Shown piece by piece: positions 26,501 through 41,500 of a stretch of DNA of 64,000 nt. The stretch lies in the NCBI RefSeq assembly GCF_964355755.1, contig NC_092675.1, forward strand, positions 5,947,812 through 6,011,811, in the 5' to 3' direction. The translations under genes and the position numbers were made by a program. The notes under the pieces were generated by a model. The model was not told the origin of the DNA. It made no database searches and saw nothing but the letters and a program-made list of their open reading frames with translations. How positions within the stretch are numbered: the stretch's first letter is position 1; each line of letters opens with the position of its first letter. The stretch comes from Antedon mediterranea. Lineage: Eukaryota; Animalia; Echinodermata.

Positions 26501-29500
26501 CACCACAGTTGTATCTGTGATTAAATTTTGTTTTGTTAATTACCTTACGATGTCCCTCTCCTATGTGTGTTAGATATGCCATGATTGCCCGCAGTCCGGC
26601 ATACTCTCCTTGTGCTCCACTGTTGGTGAAAAAAAAAAATCAATTTACTGTACATCATGCAAACACACCAATCTATGTTGAAAATCAACTAATACATTTA
26701 CCATTGAAATATATATACATTACAAGAAGTCAACATTAATTCTTTACTCACCTATTTGGTTGAAATGAAATACTATCATAGCCAGTAATCTCACATAAAT
26801 CTTGCTCTAATTCCTGGAACATTTGTTGGTAGCCTACAGCTTGGTCTTCGGGGATAAATGGATGCAAATTAGCCAGCTCAGGCCATGTGATGGGCTAAAG
26901 AAATCATTCAATTCATAATAAATAACCTGCTATATGTGAACATATAGAATACATGGATGTAAACTAGCCAGCTGAGGTTGATGTGATGGGCTGAAGAAAT
27001 TATTTCATTCATAAATATTAATAATAACACGAATTTCAACTGAAACTGAATCCAAAGGGAGGGGAAATGGATTAGGTGATGTCCCGCTCCCCTCCTCCGA
27101 ATCCCCCTCATTCCCATGATCTACACAAGTATTTTGGGACACTTTTTCATATCCTAGTATCATTTCTGATATACTGTTTACTGTTCAATTGTTGATTTGT
27201 AGATAAAGTTATAAATACTTCATTGAAGAGGTCACCTACATTAGTATAAAGGTCAAATATTTCAAGTAAGGTGTTTTTCTTACCATCATTTCTGATGTGC
27301 TGTTCAGTTTCATAGTGCAGGAGCCCAATGGAATCATACTATGTGCTAATGATAAATCTTTATTTTCTAGGGTTTTCATGTATCGAACAATCTGAGTTTC
27401 TGAATGATGACTGTAAACAAAAGTTACATTTCAAAAGTTTAATGTATGCTTCTGTAACATATTTCTTAAATATAATGTTGCTTTAAAACTAAAAGTAGCA
27501 ATTAAATTCAAACCATGAAAATTAGACTAAATTTTAAAATTCATCGCTCAGGTATACAATACGATATATGCAAGTATACAAAATGTAAGACCACTGAAAA
27601 GTTTCTGATAAAATTAGCACAACAATATTTTTGGCGGTTTGTTCAAATAAATTAAACGGCCGAGCGGTTAACGCAGGGGCACCGTTTAATGTACCTACAG
27701 AGCCTACCATGGGTTCATTATATTTGGATAAAGACTAAACTATAGGTACCATGCCCATGTGCTCTTTATTGTAGTAACGACAATGATGCCAATGACCTTT
27801 AACCTGTACTAACCTATTAAATACAGAATGTGTGAGAAATTCACTGGTTCTCTTGTGCTGTGTTTTACAAATACTATTCTCTGCAACTCCATCTACAAAT
27901 GTTTCTGCGATTTCATTCTTTAAAAAAACATACAATTCTGTCAACTTACATAATCCAACAAATCCTACGTTTTGTGATGTATAAAATGTAGTGATTTTGG
28001 CTAGAAACACAAGACCTTAATCTAAATAACTAAATATAGTTTTAATTTGTAACTATAGTTAATAGGGGCATAGAAGACATTGTAATGAATCCACATATTT
28101 ACAATACAAGTGAATTACATATCAGCATCTGCAAATATGTCTACAAAAATATAATATCTACTAAAGCTTTATTGCCTTATCTATGTATCAATATAAAATG
28201 AAGCATATGGCCACTAATTTAAAAGTTATTCAAAAATACTATACTCACAGCCTTTAGTTTACTACCAACAATATAAAGTAAATCTTCTAAATCTGCTAGG
28301 CTAGCGGTCTCATCAATTGAAATCCCAAGCTGAAGAGTAATCAACAATGCAAGTTAATAGGGTTAAAGTAAATTAACTACAGTAAAAACCCTCCTTTGGG
28401 AGATACCAAATTAGGAGACACTTTCTGGTGAAACGAGCAAGAAGAATATATGTTTAACACTAAAGCTAACCTCTATTCAGGGAACACTTGGTTGGGTCCT
28501 GAAAGTGTCCCTTTAATAGAGGTTCTACTGTAAAAAGAATATGGTCCTGAAAGTGTCCCTTTAATTGAGGTTCTACTGTAAAAAGAATATGGTCCTGAAA
28601 GTGTCCCTTTAATTGAGGTTCTACTGTAAAAAGAATATGGTCCTGAAAGTGTCCCTTTAATTGAGGTTCTACTGTAAAAAGAATATGGTCCTGAAAGTGT
28701 CCCTTTAATAGAGGTTCTACTGTAAAAAGAATATGGTCCTGAAAGTGTCCCTTTAATTGAGGTTCTACTGTAAAAAGAATATGGTCCTGAAAGTGTCCCT
28801 TTAATAGAGGTTCTACTGTAAAAAGAATATGGTCCTGAAAGTGTCCCTTTAATTGAGGTTCTACTGTAAAAAGAATATGGTCCTGAAAGTGTCCCTTTAA
28901 TTGAGGTTCTACTGTAAAAAGAATATGGTCCTGAAAGTGTCCCTTTAATAGAGGTTCTACTGTAAGAAGAATATGGTCCTGAAAGTGTCCCTTTAATTGA
29001 GGTTCTACTGTAAAAAGAATATGGTCCTGAAAGTGTCCCTTTAATAGAGGTTCTACTGTAAAAAGAATATGGTCCTGAAAGTGTCCCTTTAATAGAGGTT
29101 CTACTGTAAAAAGAATATGGTCCTGAAAGTGTCCCTTTAATAGAGGTTCTACTGTAAAAAGAATATGGTCCTGAAAGTGTCCCTTTAATAGAGGTTCTAC
29201 TGTAAGAAGAATATGGTGGGTCCTATGGAGGATGAAAGGTAGATAGTCTGGCATGCAGCAATATTTGCTAAAGTTATTTGAATAAAACTCACTTCTCCAT
29301 TGTCATACAGCCTGAGATTAATCTGTTTTTCAGCAGCTCGATTTAAAACATCTTTCCTAATTTCATCTGAATTGCATTTGAACTTGAAAGTATCAAAGAA
29401 CACTGGGCCTGTCCGTAAATCATGCCCTGCATTCTTTACTCCTGTAAAAAGATAGGTAATTATAAAGGAGAACCCCCTGTTTTGGGATACCCCAATAGAG

Positions 29501-32500
29501 GGGATATCCCAAAGAAGGAGACACAACAATTAAAAGGACATTTTTCAATGAAAAGAACAAAGGAACAGTATATAATTCAAAAATATCTTATAAAATAATA
29601 CAAGTTGATATTGTCCTATAAATATGGTATGATTTTTTCCCAATACAATTCGTTACGTTTATTTTCCACTCATTTCAATGCATAAACAAACATATGTATA
29701 CAGTGTATAATATATGGGTGGAAGGAGGTCATTAAACTTTAAGTTGCGACAACATATCAGTATAATAATAACAATGTGATCATTAACTTAACAATGGAAA
29801 AACATTTTTAAATGAACCATTGTTTCAAAGGGCTTGACCTATGTAAAGACTAAAATTGAAAAGAATGGTAGGCAAACTATATATTGGTTTTGCCAGGTAA
29901 GCTAGGCACAATATAATTACCTAATCAATTTATATTTTAGATTTTATCTGCTATAAATCTTCTTTTTTTTAATGCTATTTAAAATTCCCTGATAAGTATT
30001 TCAATATAGTACTATTTATTTATACAATATCATAATAAAAATGTACATATTTTATGACATTATATACATACCTGCAGCTATTATGTGTGTTCCATTGTGA
30101 ACCCGATTGGCTATTGACTTAAGTCCTTCTGGCCCATGATATATTGCAAACATTGCTGCCATATTGGCTAGAAGTGCCTATAATAAAAAGTACACAATAT
30201 GTTAACAACTATAAAATGGTGAATGTCAAGATGGCATATAGTATTTGTAATAGTTCAATAGCTCCTTGTTGGTTTGTATCATAACCATATCAAAGAATTT
30301 AAGATAAAACAAATTATAACTATTAAAGTTTTAATTAGGTGTTCTTAACCTCGAAATTAAAAAAGAGGAAAGAATTTGTAAAGTTTAGTAACAATTTAGT
30401 TTTATTTTTATTACAATGTCCTTTATATAATAATTTAAATAAACTATTACTTCCATTTTCTTACTTCAAATTCCCTACTGTTTAAAAAAAAAAATTTAAT
30501 TTATTAATGTCAAGTAGAAAAGAAAATACTTATTCTAACCTTACTAAGTTCATTTACTTTGCTTATAAAAAAAGAAAGCATTATTTAATGCACACATAAG
30601 TTTATTTTATTTTTTATTTTTTATATTGATGTATTCGGGCCAATGGCCTATGTATAATAAATGGCCTAGGCAATGCTCCTAGGAAAGAAAGTATCTGAAT
30701 GAAAGGAGGTAAATGAGGTGGTAATCCCCTGTTATGTGGTTGTTAATTTTCATGTTAGTTACTAATACATCCCTTTTATTTACGCATGTTTTTCACTAGG
30801 AAAATTTACCCTGCGAACCCAATGTTTTCACAGAGAAAAAAAATGTATAATTTTACAACAAAGAAAATCAGAAATGTTCATTTTGTTTGTTACATTTGGG
30901 TGAGGGTTCTCATGAATGCATGACAACTCAGAATTGTAAGTTGGAACTCGCTTACCTGTGCTGTACATATGTTACTGGTGGCTTTATCTCTACGGATGTG
31001 TTGTTCTCTTGTTTGCAACGCCAACCGCAAGGCATTTTTACCTGCAGAATCCCTGTAAAAAGAGAGACATTTTAACACTAACACTACAATGATAGCAGTA
31101 GCACCATTCCAAGGGAACACTTCCTACTGTAAACTGACTGGAACACACAAGACATATTGACAACATGCTAAAACTATAAAATCAACATTTACAAACTAAC
31201 CTCGTAACTCCAACCATTCGTCCAGGCATCATTCGCTTGAATTTGTCCCGCACAGCAAAGAATGCAGCATGGGGACCACCGTACCCTAAGGGTACACCAA
31301 ATCTCTGGCTGCTTCCTAATGCAATGTCCATGCCTAGCTCTCCTGGTGTACGTAGAACTGTCAAGGCAAGCAGGTCCGTGGCGCAAATTGCCAATGTCTA
31401 TAATTTATACAAGTCTTATTTATCTATTCATATATTACAATATAGAAATAGTTGTATTTAAATTAAATTCTGTATAAATAAATAAAAGAATATGTTAGAT
31501 TTGTTTGTTAGGAATCCAAGTTATTCTACTGCAGTTTAAAGATGTAGTTACTGCAGTATAATGTTGACATGAGCCCTTGTTTTTATATGATTGTTGTTGT
31601 TTTGCAAGCTTCTGAAATTTCTTCTTTAGCAGATAATTAAATATGTCTTAGTATTGTTGCTACAGTAGTAAATTAATAATTAACAATTAATAATAAACTA
31701 ATTTATAGATACATGAATTTATTTTATTTTTTTATTTTTTTAAACAATATTTAATGAGGATGATTCATCCAGCGCAAGCTGATCATTAGGGACCCTCAAA
31801 CATACAAACAGTATACAAAATAAACTACAGTATAAAAAAACAAAATTAGCAAAGATATAAAAAATAAATATAAATATATAGTAGGGATGAACAAAGTAAT
31901 CATTATAGTATTTAATATTTGTATTAAATACTGTAGAATAAGTTGGATTTTCACCAAAACCACACAAATTCTATAAAATCAATATTACTAATCTATGTAT
32001 TCTCGGGTTAAGAACATACCCCATTGTTATGTGCATCCTGTGCCATAACTGATAGGTCAATGACATTGCCCTCTGTATCCGGGTATTGGAACAGTACACC
32101 TGATATATCCCTGTTACTCAAGTCCATTTCGTTAATGTCAACCTCGGTAACTTCAATACCAAGCGCCCTGAGGCAGAAAATAAAAAATAATTGTATGGTC
32201 AGTCAACTACTGTAACAGTCTATAAAGAATAGACTTCTTTTGGGTTCCAATACTGAACAATATAATCCAAGGATGAATTAGTACTGTACAATTACTAAAA
32301 TATTGATGAGTAAATGTATTTGTAAATGGGGGAATAACCTACATCTTGCAACCTACTTTGCTGAATTGCGCACAGGTGTGGACGACACATGCCACAACTT
32401 TCTACTCCCCTAAGGGTCCCTTCATTTTAAGTGCTGCCACAAACGGCGCCTATTCATCTGTCCACAACGACAGGGGCTGAATGGACCCAGTACACCGGAG

Positions 32501-35500
32501 TAACCCCCTACTCTTCCGGAAGATGTACTGGGTTCTTTAAAGTGCACACAAGCCAGATGTGTACACTGGACCTCCAGTTTTAAGTCCTTATCCGAGAAGA
32601 CTTGTTCTACCACCAGAACAATTGTCTCAGGAGTGGCTTGAACCTATGCCAATTGTATAGCTATGGTTTGCGGCAGCGCAAAAATGAGTCTCAGTATAAA
32701 TACAGTTATACTATAATTATAAATTTATTCCTATGTTGAATAAAACACATGCATTGCACATGACAGTAATAAGTATATTTTATTCTCAGTATAAAATGTT
32801 TATAGATAACCTATAAACTTACTCTGCTCTTGTTCTAACAACTGCTAATGTCTGGGGATGGCACTTGACGTCGATATAAAACTTTCGTCTTTTGTTGTGT
32901 CTATGGAAAATGAGAAAAATTCATTGAATGGTTAGCATGTAATAGGATTTTAACCATGGCTACAGTGTGTAGGTCTGCTTCTCCTTTCCTTAGCTGGATT
33001 GCCTGATTATTTCTTGCCTTGACCATCATTACTTTAGTTTTTGCTATGTTTATATTTAAACCAAGAATTACTTGATGTTTCTTTAAAGAAGTCTGGTTTT
33101 GGTTTGCATTTGCTGATGTAAGCAAGCACAGTGCATAGGAATATCAGTTGAATTCTACAAGTTGAAAATTCTTCAAAGAAATCAAGAATTTTCTTCCAAT
33201 GTTCCCAAATCCTAACTATTTTAAATGTGCACCAATTTGGGCCACCAAAAAGGCATCTTTAAAGGCCAATTTACACAGAAAAGCGGAAACGGAAGAATAA
33301 AACCGTGTAGATTGTCCCACGTAGAATCTGTATCTATCCTGATTGGAAACCACCCGTTTCCTCCATGATGTGTGCAAATGGTCATAAGGAATAACATAGA
33401 TTCTATATTTTTATTACCGTCATGGCTAAATTGGCCTTAATATTAAATAAACTGAAACAACTTAACAAATTAATATTTTTTTAAATAATATGACTTATTT
33501 TATATTGATAAATTAGAGTACAATGTTTAAAGGGAATGATTTTTATTTTCTACTATAGCCCAACATTAAAAACTCCATATCTCAAAGTTACAACTAATGG
33601 TAGTACTTGACTTTTCAAAATTATAAACAAAAGTAGTAAACAATTTCCAATATGAAAACTGGCATAAACATTATTTTGAGTTCTGTTCAATCAATAAACA
33701 GTGCAATAGGATGAAGCAACATCTTCATACAATTGGACTTGTGGTTAAATTACTAATCCATAGGTCCTATGTTGACATAATAATAATAATAATAAATAAC
33801 ATTTATAAAGCGCAAGAGACAAAGGTTTCAAAGCGCTGTGTTTTCCAAGATCTGTGCAAGTAGTAGCGTGTAGACATCCTAACACTGGTTTAGAACCACG
33901 CACCACTAAGCTTCATAAGACCCTTTCACACAGAATATTAATATTCCAGTATTTCACAAATGGCACATATGTGTAAAAAGTACCTTATGGACCGAGTCAA
34001 AGTGCGATTATATTACCATAATGGCCATAAGCCTTATTTTTTTAAATGATTGGGAACATCTGGTAAATCTTTTTTCTAATTTTGCACTTTTCACTAAGAC
34101 TCAATATTACTATCTGTGCGAACAGGACTATTATTTTCGATAATTTTCATTTTACAATTAGCAATTTATTCTCTGTTGACTCGTATGTGTACTGAAATAA
34201 ACAAATATGACTGATACGAAATACCTGTAAGCTAGGCCCATGGCCTCAGCAGCAGCTGTGCCTTCATCTAGTAGGGATGCATTGGCAATTTCTAGGCCTG
34301 TTAAATCTACAACCATGGTTTGATAGTTAAGTAAGGATTCTAGTCGACCTTGGGCTACTTCAGGCTGGTAGGGTGTGTACTGAGTAGTCCTGAATATGAA
34401 ATGATAGATCAAAAGAAAAATATCATTATTTTTACAGATATTATATAATATTTTTTATTTGGTTTCTATAGATGATTGATTGTGACATTATACACAAAGT
34501 GATTTACTGTACTGCATGATTCAGTATGGTGGTGTAAGTGGATGTTGACATTTTATCAAACTGGTCTGAAGGTACCACATCCACTATGAGTAATATAGGC
34601 TACTACATCAGTACTTCTATGAATGGATGACTAGTTGGTGACAATAACGCTAGTTGGTCATACCCAGTACCGTTTTGATTTTTACCATCATTCGGGAAAC
34701 CACCTCACGACGTTATATACAGTAGTAATATCAATGAATAATATTGTAGTATATTGCAAAAAGTTGATCTTTGACATTTGAACTCTCACAAGAATTGAGG
34801 TCAAGGACATGGTATCAAAAATAATATTTTTTAATAATTTATGGTATAAATATCTTGTTTGTATGTTTCATGAATAAATTAATTTACAATAAAACAGATA
34901 AAAAAAAATTATATTGTATAATTGATGTAATGTAACATTTAAGTTCATAGGGTATTGAGAAAACATTTTTTGTGGAATGCCCTATATAAATTATCAACAT
35001 TAACAAAACATTTTACTGTACTCTTTAAAAAAGGCACAGAAAGGCACAGTAAATATGCTTAAAATTCACAGTATGAACATTTATTGAAGCTGACCATGTC
35101 TTTCAATCATATACAAAAAATTGTTAAAAAGATAATAATAGGAAATGGATAGGAAAAATACACATAGATTTATGCAAATTACCAATAAAACCTGAAAGGA
35201 TTACCCAGACCATGGAGGAACAGATCACAGACAATATACTAGGCTGTGGTATAAATCAAATCCATTTACATGGTAATAAATGGCCTTGAATTGGAAATAT
35301 AATATAACAAAATTAAATGTCTGATTAAATGTACCATAAATACTACAGTATATAAATGAACATTAATGTTATTTTACCGCCACCAAAGAGGTATATGTAG
35401 CCGATCGCGTTTGTTTGTTATAGCAGGATTACTCAAAAAGTAATTACAAAATACAAGATATTTACCAAAATGAAAATAAAGGTAGATACTGTATGTGGTC

Positions 35501-38500
35501 AAGGACCACTCCATTAAATTTTGGAGGCAATCCAGACCACGGTTCCAATTCTGGACCACTTTTTAGTATAATTGTCGGACCTGCTAGTGTTAAAAGATAG
35601 GACAGAATTTTCAAAAGCCAGCGAGCAGTCTTAAAGTAACAAGTAAACTGAAATTGCATTGTCTAGAGAACTACTTGTCCAAAAATCTTTATTTTTATAT
35701 AAGAGGCAAGAGTTATAATTTGTGATTTGTAGTTTTAAAACATAATTTGATTTATTTTACAGGTTTTTTGATACAATACAAGAAACATATTTCTTTTCAA
35801 ATTAACCCATTTGTTTTTGCTGTTGCTACTGTCAGTGTCAGACAACTGAAACTATTGTTTGTTGAAAAGGCTGGCTACACCAAATTCGCATACACATGCT
35901 TGTAGTGAAATTAGTCTAAATCACACCATAGAGATATTATAGTGCACTATAATATCTCTATGATCACACACAGCATTAAGACACACACAAATATATATAT
36001 ATATATATTTTCCCGGAAAAATCTTATGTAGAAGAATTTTACAGTAGGCGTAGGTATACACTCTTGGAGTGACTTTCTAGTTTCATATTCAGTCACTATC
36101 AGTAATCATATCAGTGAAATATTATGGCATGAGATCGCAGATTACATAAAATGATTAAAATTTGGTTTTTTTTCCTTATTGTTTATTCTATCCTTTTATT
36201 TAATGTCAATACAATATAGTTTAAATACTAATATGAGAATATTTATATGTTGAAAGCCACAGTATGCAGTACACGGAATCAGTATGTCATGGTGTTCCAG
36301 TTAAACATTGTTAAACCTCTGTATACAGTAGTCAGTGAAATGCTATTATTAGTAAATACTAATCCTGTAGTATTGCTGTACAAATACTACTACACTACAG
36401 ATAGTATAATTATTATTTATTAATAAATCTTACATGTTGAAGTACAATATCAATCTGATACTTGATAGTGATACCCTTTAGATTTATATTCCTACTGTTA
36501 AAGCCATTCAATACAATGGTATCCCACAACAATGCATTTCACAGATACTGTAGGGCTTTGTATACATCTGGACAACTCTATTTCAAGGACAACTGCAATG
36601 CGCCAGGATAACTACAGTACCATGCCCAAGGACAACTACCATGCCCTAGGAAAACTACCATGCCCTAGGAAAACTACCATGCCCTAGGAAAACTACCATG
36701 CCCTAGGAAAACTACCATGCCCCAGGAAAACTACCATGCCCCAGGAAAACTACCATGCCCCAGGAAAACTACCATGCCCCAGGACAACTACCATGCCCCA
36801 GGAAAACTACCATGCCCCAGAAAAACTACCATGCCCCAGGACAACTACCATTCCCAAGGACAAATGCCACCCTGGGCAACTAATATTCCCCAGAAAAACT
36901 GCCACCCTGGGCAACTACCATTCCCCAGAAAAACTGCCACACTGGGCAACTACCTATACTGTACCATTCCCTAGAAAAACTGCCACCCTGGACAACTACC
37001 ATTCCCCACAAAAACTGCCACACTGGGCAACTACCATTCCCCAGAAAAACTGCCACACTGGGCAACTACCATTCCCCAGAGAAACTGCCACCCTGGGCAA
37101 CTACCATTCCCCAGAAAAACTGCCACCCTGGACAACTACCATTCCCCAGAAAAACTGCCACACTGGGCAACTACCATTCCCCTGAAAAACTGCCACCCTG
37201 GACAACTACCATTCCCCAGAAAAACTGCCACCCTGGGCAACTATCATTCCCCAGAAAAACTGCCACACTGGGCAACTACCATTCCCCAGAGAAACTGCTA
37301 CCCTGGGCAACTACCATTCCCCAGGAAAACTGCGACACTGGGCAACTACAGTACCATTCCCCAGAAAAACTGCCACCCTGGGTAACTACCATTCCCCAGA
37401 CTACTTTGCCACAGGACACCTGCCCTCCAGAAAATTCTCTCATATTTTGTAAAAACTTTTCGCTGGAATAATTTCAGTTTACAAAAACAAATTCGAAAAT
37501 TCAGTTAATTGTTAATGCATTAAAATAGACAACAAATATTATTATCTTATGATCAGATCATATTTTAAACAATTGCAATCTATCTTCTTTGTATTCAAAT
37601 TTCAATTGTTTGATATTGCCCTAGATATATAATTTTTTTTTGTGGTTTGTGCATGTAGGTGCCTTACTGTATTGAGATTTCTGTCTGTCTTAAATAGTTA
37701 AAACCATTAGACACCTATAATCTTTCACCTACAAACAGACTACTACAGTAGGGTATTGCTAAACTGCGCAAAGCTTGCGCAAACCCCAAAATTCCTTTTA
37801 TAATTCTAGTTATTCTATTCTAATCAATTCGCGCAGTTTAGAAATACCCCTACATTACAACATGACAATCATGATGCCTTAAAAACTGTCCTTAATGTTT
37901 TGATAGTTGACGTCTCTATCTGCGGAAAAAAGTCTCTTGTCTCTACAAAATAAAGTTGTCCATTTTGTATTATGTGCATTTTTGTCTTTACAACTACATT
38001 TTCTTCTATTTTACCCCTAATTGTTACCAATAGATAAATGATAGCAGCAAGCTTTTGATTTTAATACGGATAGCAACAATAAATGTTGTTATGATTCGAA
38101 GGTAACATTCAATACCATTTTTGCAATCAACAATGCATTTGATAATTTCCTCAACTGAGTATTGTATGCTAATTCAAAAGGCATTATCATCAAATACATT
38201 GTATTACAGTACCTACTGTACAGTATGTGCTACTGTACTTAAACTATAACAAATCACAAAATCCTATTGTAAACTTAACTCAGTATACATAGCTAAAGAT
38301 AAATTTATTTATTTATTCAACCATGTTTCAAGAGGGTGACCCAGCCAGCGGAAGCTGATTTTAAGGGGCCCTCAACAATACGACAAAAAACATAACAAGT
38401 AAAAATATAATAAAATAGTTAAAATTGAATAAAGAATAAATATAAAAATGTAAATAGAAATGCAAAACAGTAAAAGGTGAGGAAGATAACAATTTAAAAA

Positions 38501-41500
38501 GTGTCATTATTAAGCATAAATTCTTTAATTTACTTTTAAAATTTAAAAAGGTATTGCAATTTCTAATAGAAACGTCTAACGAGTTAAAATATGTAGGTCC
38601 TTTATAATTAAAAGAATGTTTAAAAAGTTCACACTGAGGTCTTGGAACAACGAGATCACCCCTGGAAAGTTGCCGGGTAGCCATTCTTCCATTGGCAGTA
38701 ATTCTGGCAAGCCCACGGCAGATGTTAGTTGGGGCGAGATAGTAAGAGGCTCGATAGGCAAGACAGCCCGTTTGTGTTTACTACAATTCATATTCTCTTT
38801 AGAATGTGTGGGTGTACAACTGGTAGTACAGTAACCACAAACACAATAGGGGTTTTCAAGGTTGACTATGCATGTACAGTCAATCAATAATAATAATATT
38901 TGTAGAATTTTTAATGTAGGCTAATTTTTTTTTTACAAAAACCACCTTAGCTTCAAGGCGCCTCAGATTAACAAACACAACATTTAGGAGTTTGTTTCCC
39001 ATTTTCTGTTTCTGGAGCAAATAACCGATTAATTAACCATCGTGTCAATAAACTATCCTTTTTTGAAGTAGAAATGGAAAGTTACAATTTCAAACTAGAC
39101 TTGAACTCGTCACTTTGACGAGTTAGTTATTCGCACAACAAACGCCACTTCAAACATGTTATACTGTACATTAGACAATGTGCACAGAAAAAGATTATGC
39201 CATTATGACCTGAAGAATATAATACACTCAGGTTGTTGCAATTCTGTCTATTTTGTGTCATATAGTATACAGTAACTGAATAAATGGTTCTTCAAGACAA
39301 TGTTTAAAACAACTAATATATTGGGTGTTGGAACCACGATTTGATTGAGCATTGTTGAAATCCAGTCAACTACCGGCAATTGATCATCTGAGCACATTGT
39401 ATTGATTTTGGCTATGTTGACATTTTATAATCAACAACCACTCAACGATTTAAAATGTTTTCTTTAGAAAATTTAGCAGAAATATGGTACAGTATATGAA
39501 TTGTGTATGGTTAATCAGCACTATACACCAGTAACACTACTAAAAGGCCCTTAGTTGTATCCTAATTTATAATAATACAATAGTGGAATTTGCAGTAGAA
39601 AGTCTGATAAATAAACATACTGATAGGCAATTCCAAGGAAGGGCCTGTTTTTGCTGCATAAAAATAACCGGTTAAAATCAGTGTGAATAAATTAACTCCA
39701 TTTTCTTGGGAGCAGAAACAGGACAAATTTGTGGTAACCGGTTAAAAGGCAGCGCAAAATAATAATAGTAATACACGGCAGTAACGTTTGAATTAACCGC
39801 CAGCAATTTTTGTCAACGAACACCAATTGATTTAACCGATTATTTCGGAGCAAAAATTGAGCAGAAACGCGGTCTTGTTATTTTTAATCTATTTTAAAAT
39901 AAACGGTTAATTTGCGTTATGCAGCAGAAACAGACTCTACTACAGTAAGCAATTTGAAAAAAAGTAGAACTAGAATACTACAAATGAAATACAAAACTAT
40001 TTCATTGGAAGCAAGCCAAGATATCTTATCAAGTCAACTCAAATGAGGCTGTTGATCTAATATAAGAAACTCAATTAGTAAGTTCAACTATTATGAGTCA
40101 AAATTTAACGTAAAAATAAGCTGATAAAAAAAAGTAGATAAATTCATACAGTACACGCCCCATATAATAATAATAATTATTACATTTAATTAGTATAAAA
40201 CTTAATGGCAATTTATTTTTTTATAAAGCAAAATTTAAATTTAATTTCTTGTTTTGTACTTTTCACCAACAATATATTTCAGTTGGCGTCAGTACTGTAA
40301 ATGATGTGTAAAACTCTACACTTCTAAATTTCAATGTCCAGGATGCCTTATAAGAATAAGATTTTAATAATATCATATGTTTGGACTTGCTGCAAACATT
40401 TCTTTGAAATCAAAATGTTCTTTTATAGTATTTGACATGGTAAAAATATAGATTTTACCCATTCACACATACAATAACACATGATTGTAAACAGTTTTAA
40501 ATGATAACATACTGTACATAGTCTACTATGTGTCTGAAAAACAAACTTATGATAATTATAGGCAAAAAAAAAATGTTGCTATCAAATAAATACCAACACA
40601 CCAATCAATCAATCATTAATAGACACTTACCATCCAGGGTTTTCCAGTATATTCCTTTGTATTGTGTAAGGGGTGAAGCAATTATAATAACCAAGACCGA
40701 TGTAACTTCTCCATATTTTATTATTTTCAACCATATTTTTCAGTTTCTCAAGGGCTTCATTCTCACCTGAACAAAAAAAATCACCAAAAACAATATACTA
40801 AGCGTTTATAACGTTTTTATTATATTGTATTACAGTATATATACTTGCTATTAAATTTAGGCTATTTTCCATTTTTAGTTTTTTTCACAGTTGCAAAATG
40901 AGGTGATTATTGTGGCCAGTCTGCATTAGTACCCTGAATTAGGTGGTATGATTCTCTGTCAATAACTCATTAACTGTACATTTGTTTGTGGATTCAAGAA
41001 CATCATAATTAAATGAAATATAAGTTGAATCAACTGCTCTTATCATACTGTATTATTCAAAGAGAGTACAAATTGGAAACGTAATACAGGAATGTTATGA
41101 CAGAAATGTAGGTTACTTACATAAGGCTGGCGTGATTGAAAGGGGGTCATCGACCAGAATATTGGCTGGAACAGTTAGTTTTGTTAGGTCTTCTAGCGAC
41201 TGTAAAAAAAAACAAGGGCCATGTCAATATGCTATATACGAATACAATAATGTATTGTATACAATCTGAATGCTAAAATCTTTTAATGAAAATTTATGTT
41301 ATATTCATTTTTTTAATATTGTTAATTAAATACTACAGTACAGTAACTAATGCAATGTTTGAAGAGTAAATGTTATCCAGTGGTGCAGGTTTTGGGTAGG
41401 GGGTGGTGGTTGAGAGGATTTGGGAGAAATAGTTTTGTTACTTTAATACTTAATATCCGTCAGTATACTTTAGTTAATTCGTCATAAAACTCAAATTATC

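Noticed and set aside
28466-29254. 262-aa repetitive ORF ([16 protein letters not shown])n as a protein-coding gene
   Set aside because: It is a by-product of a stop-free 48-bp tandem repeat derived from a MITE end inside a GLDC intron.
32960-33130. 74-aa ORF as an extra GLDC exon
   Set aside because: [12 protein letters not shown] resembles an RTE-type reverse-transcriptase fragment, and the flanking GLDC exons already join in frame without it.
36717-37185. 85- and 149-aa Pro/Thr-rich ORFs
   Set aside because: They are translations of the 19/35-bp minisatellite.
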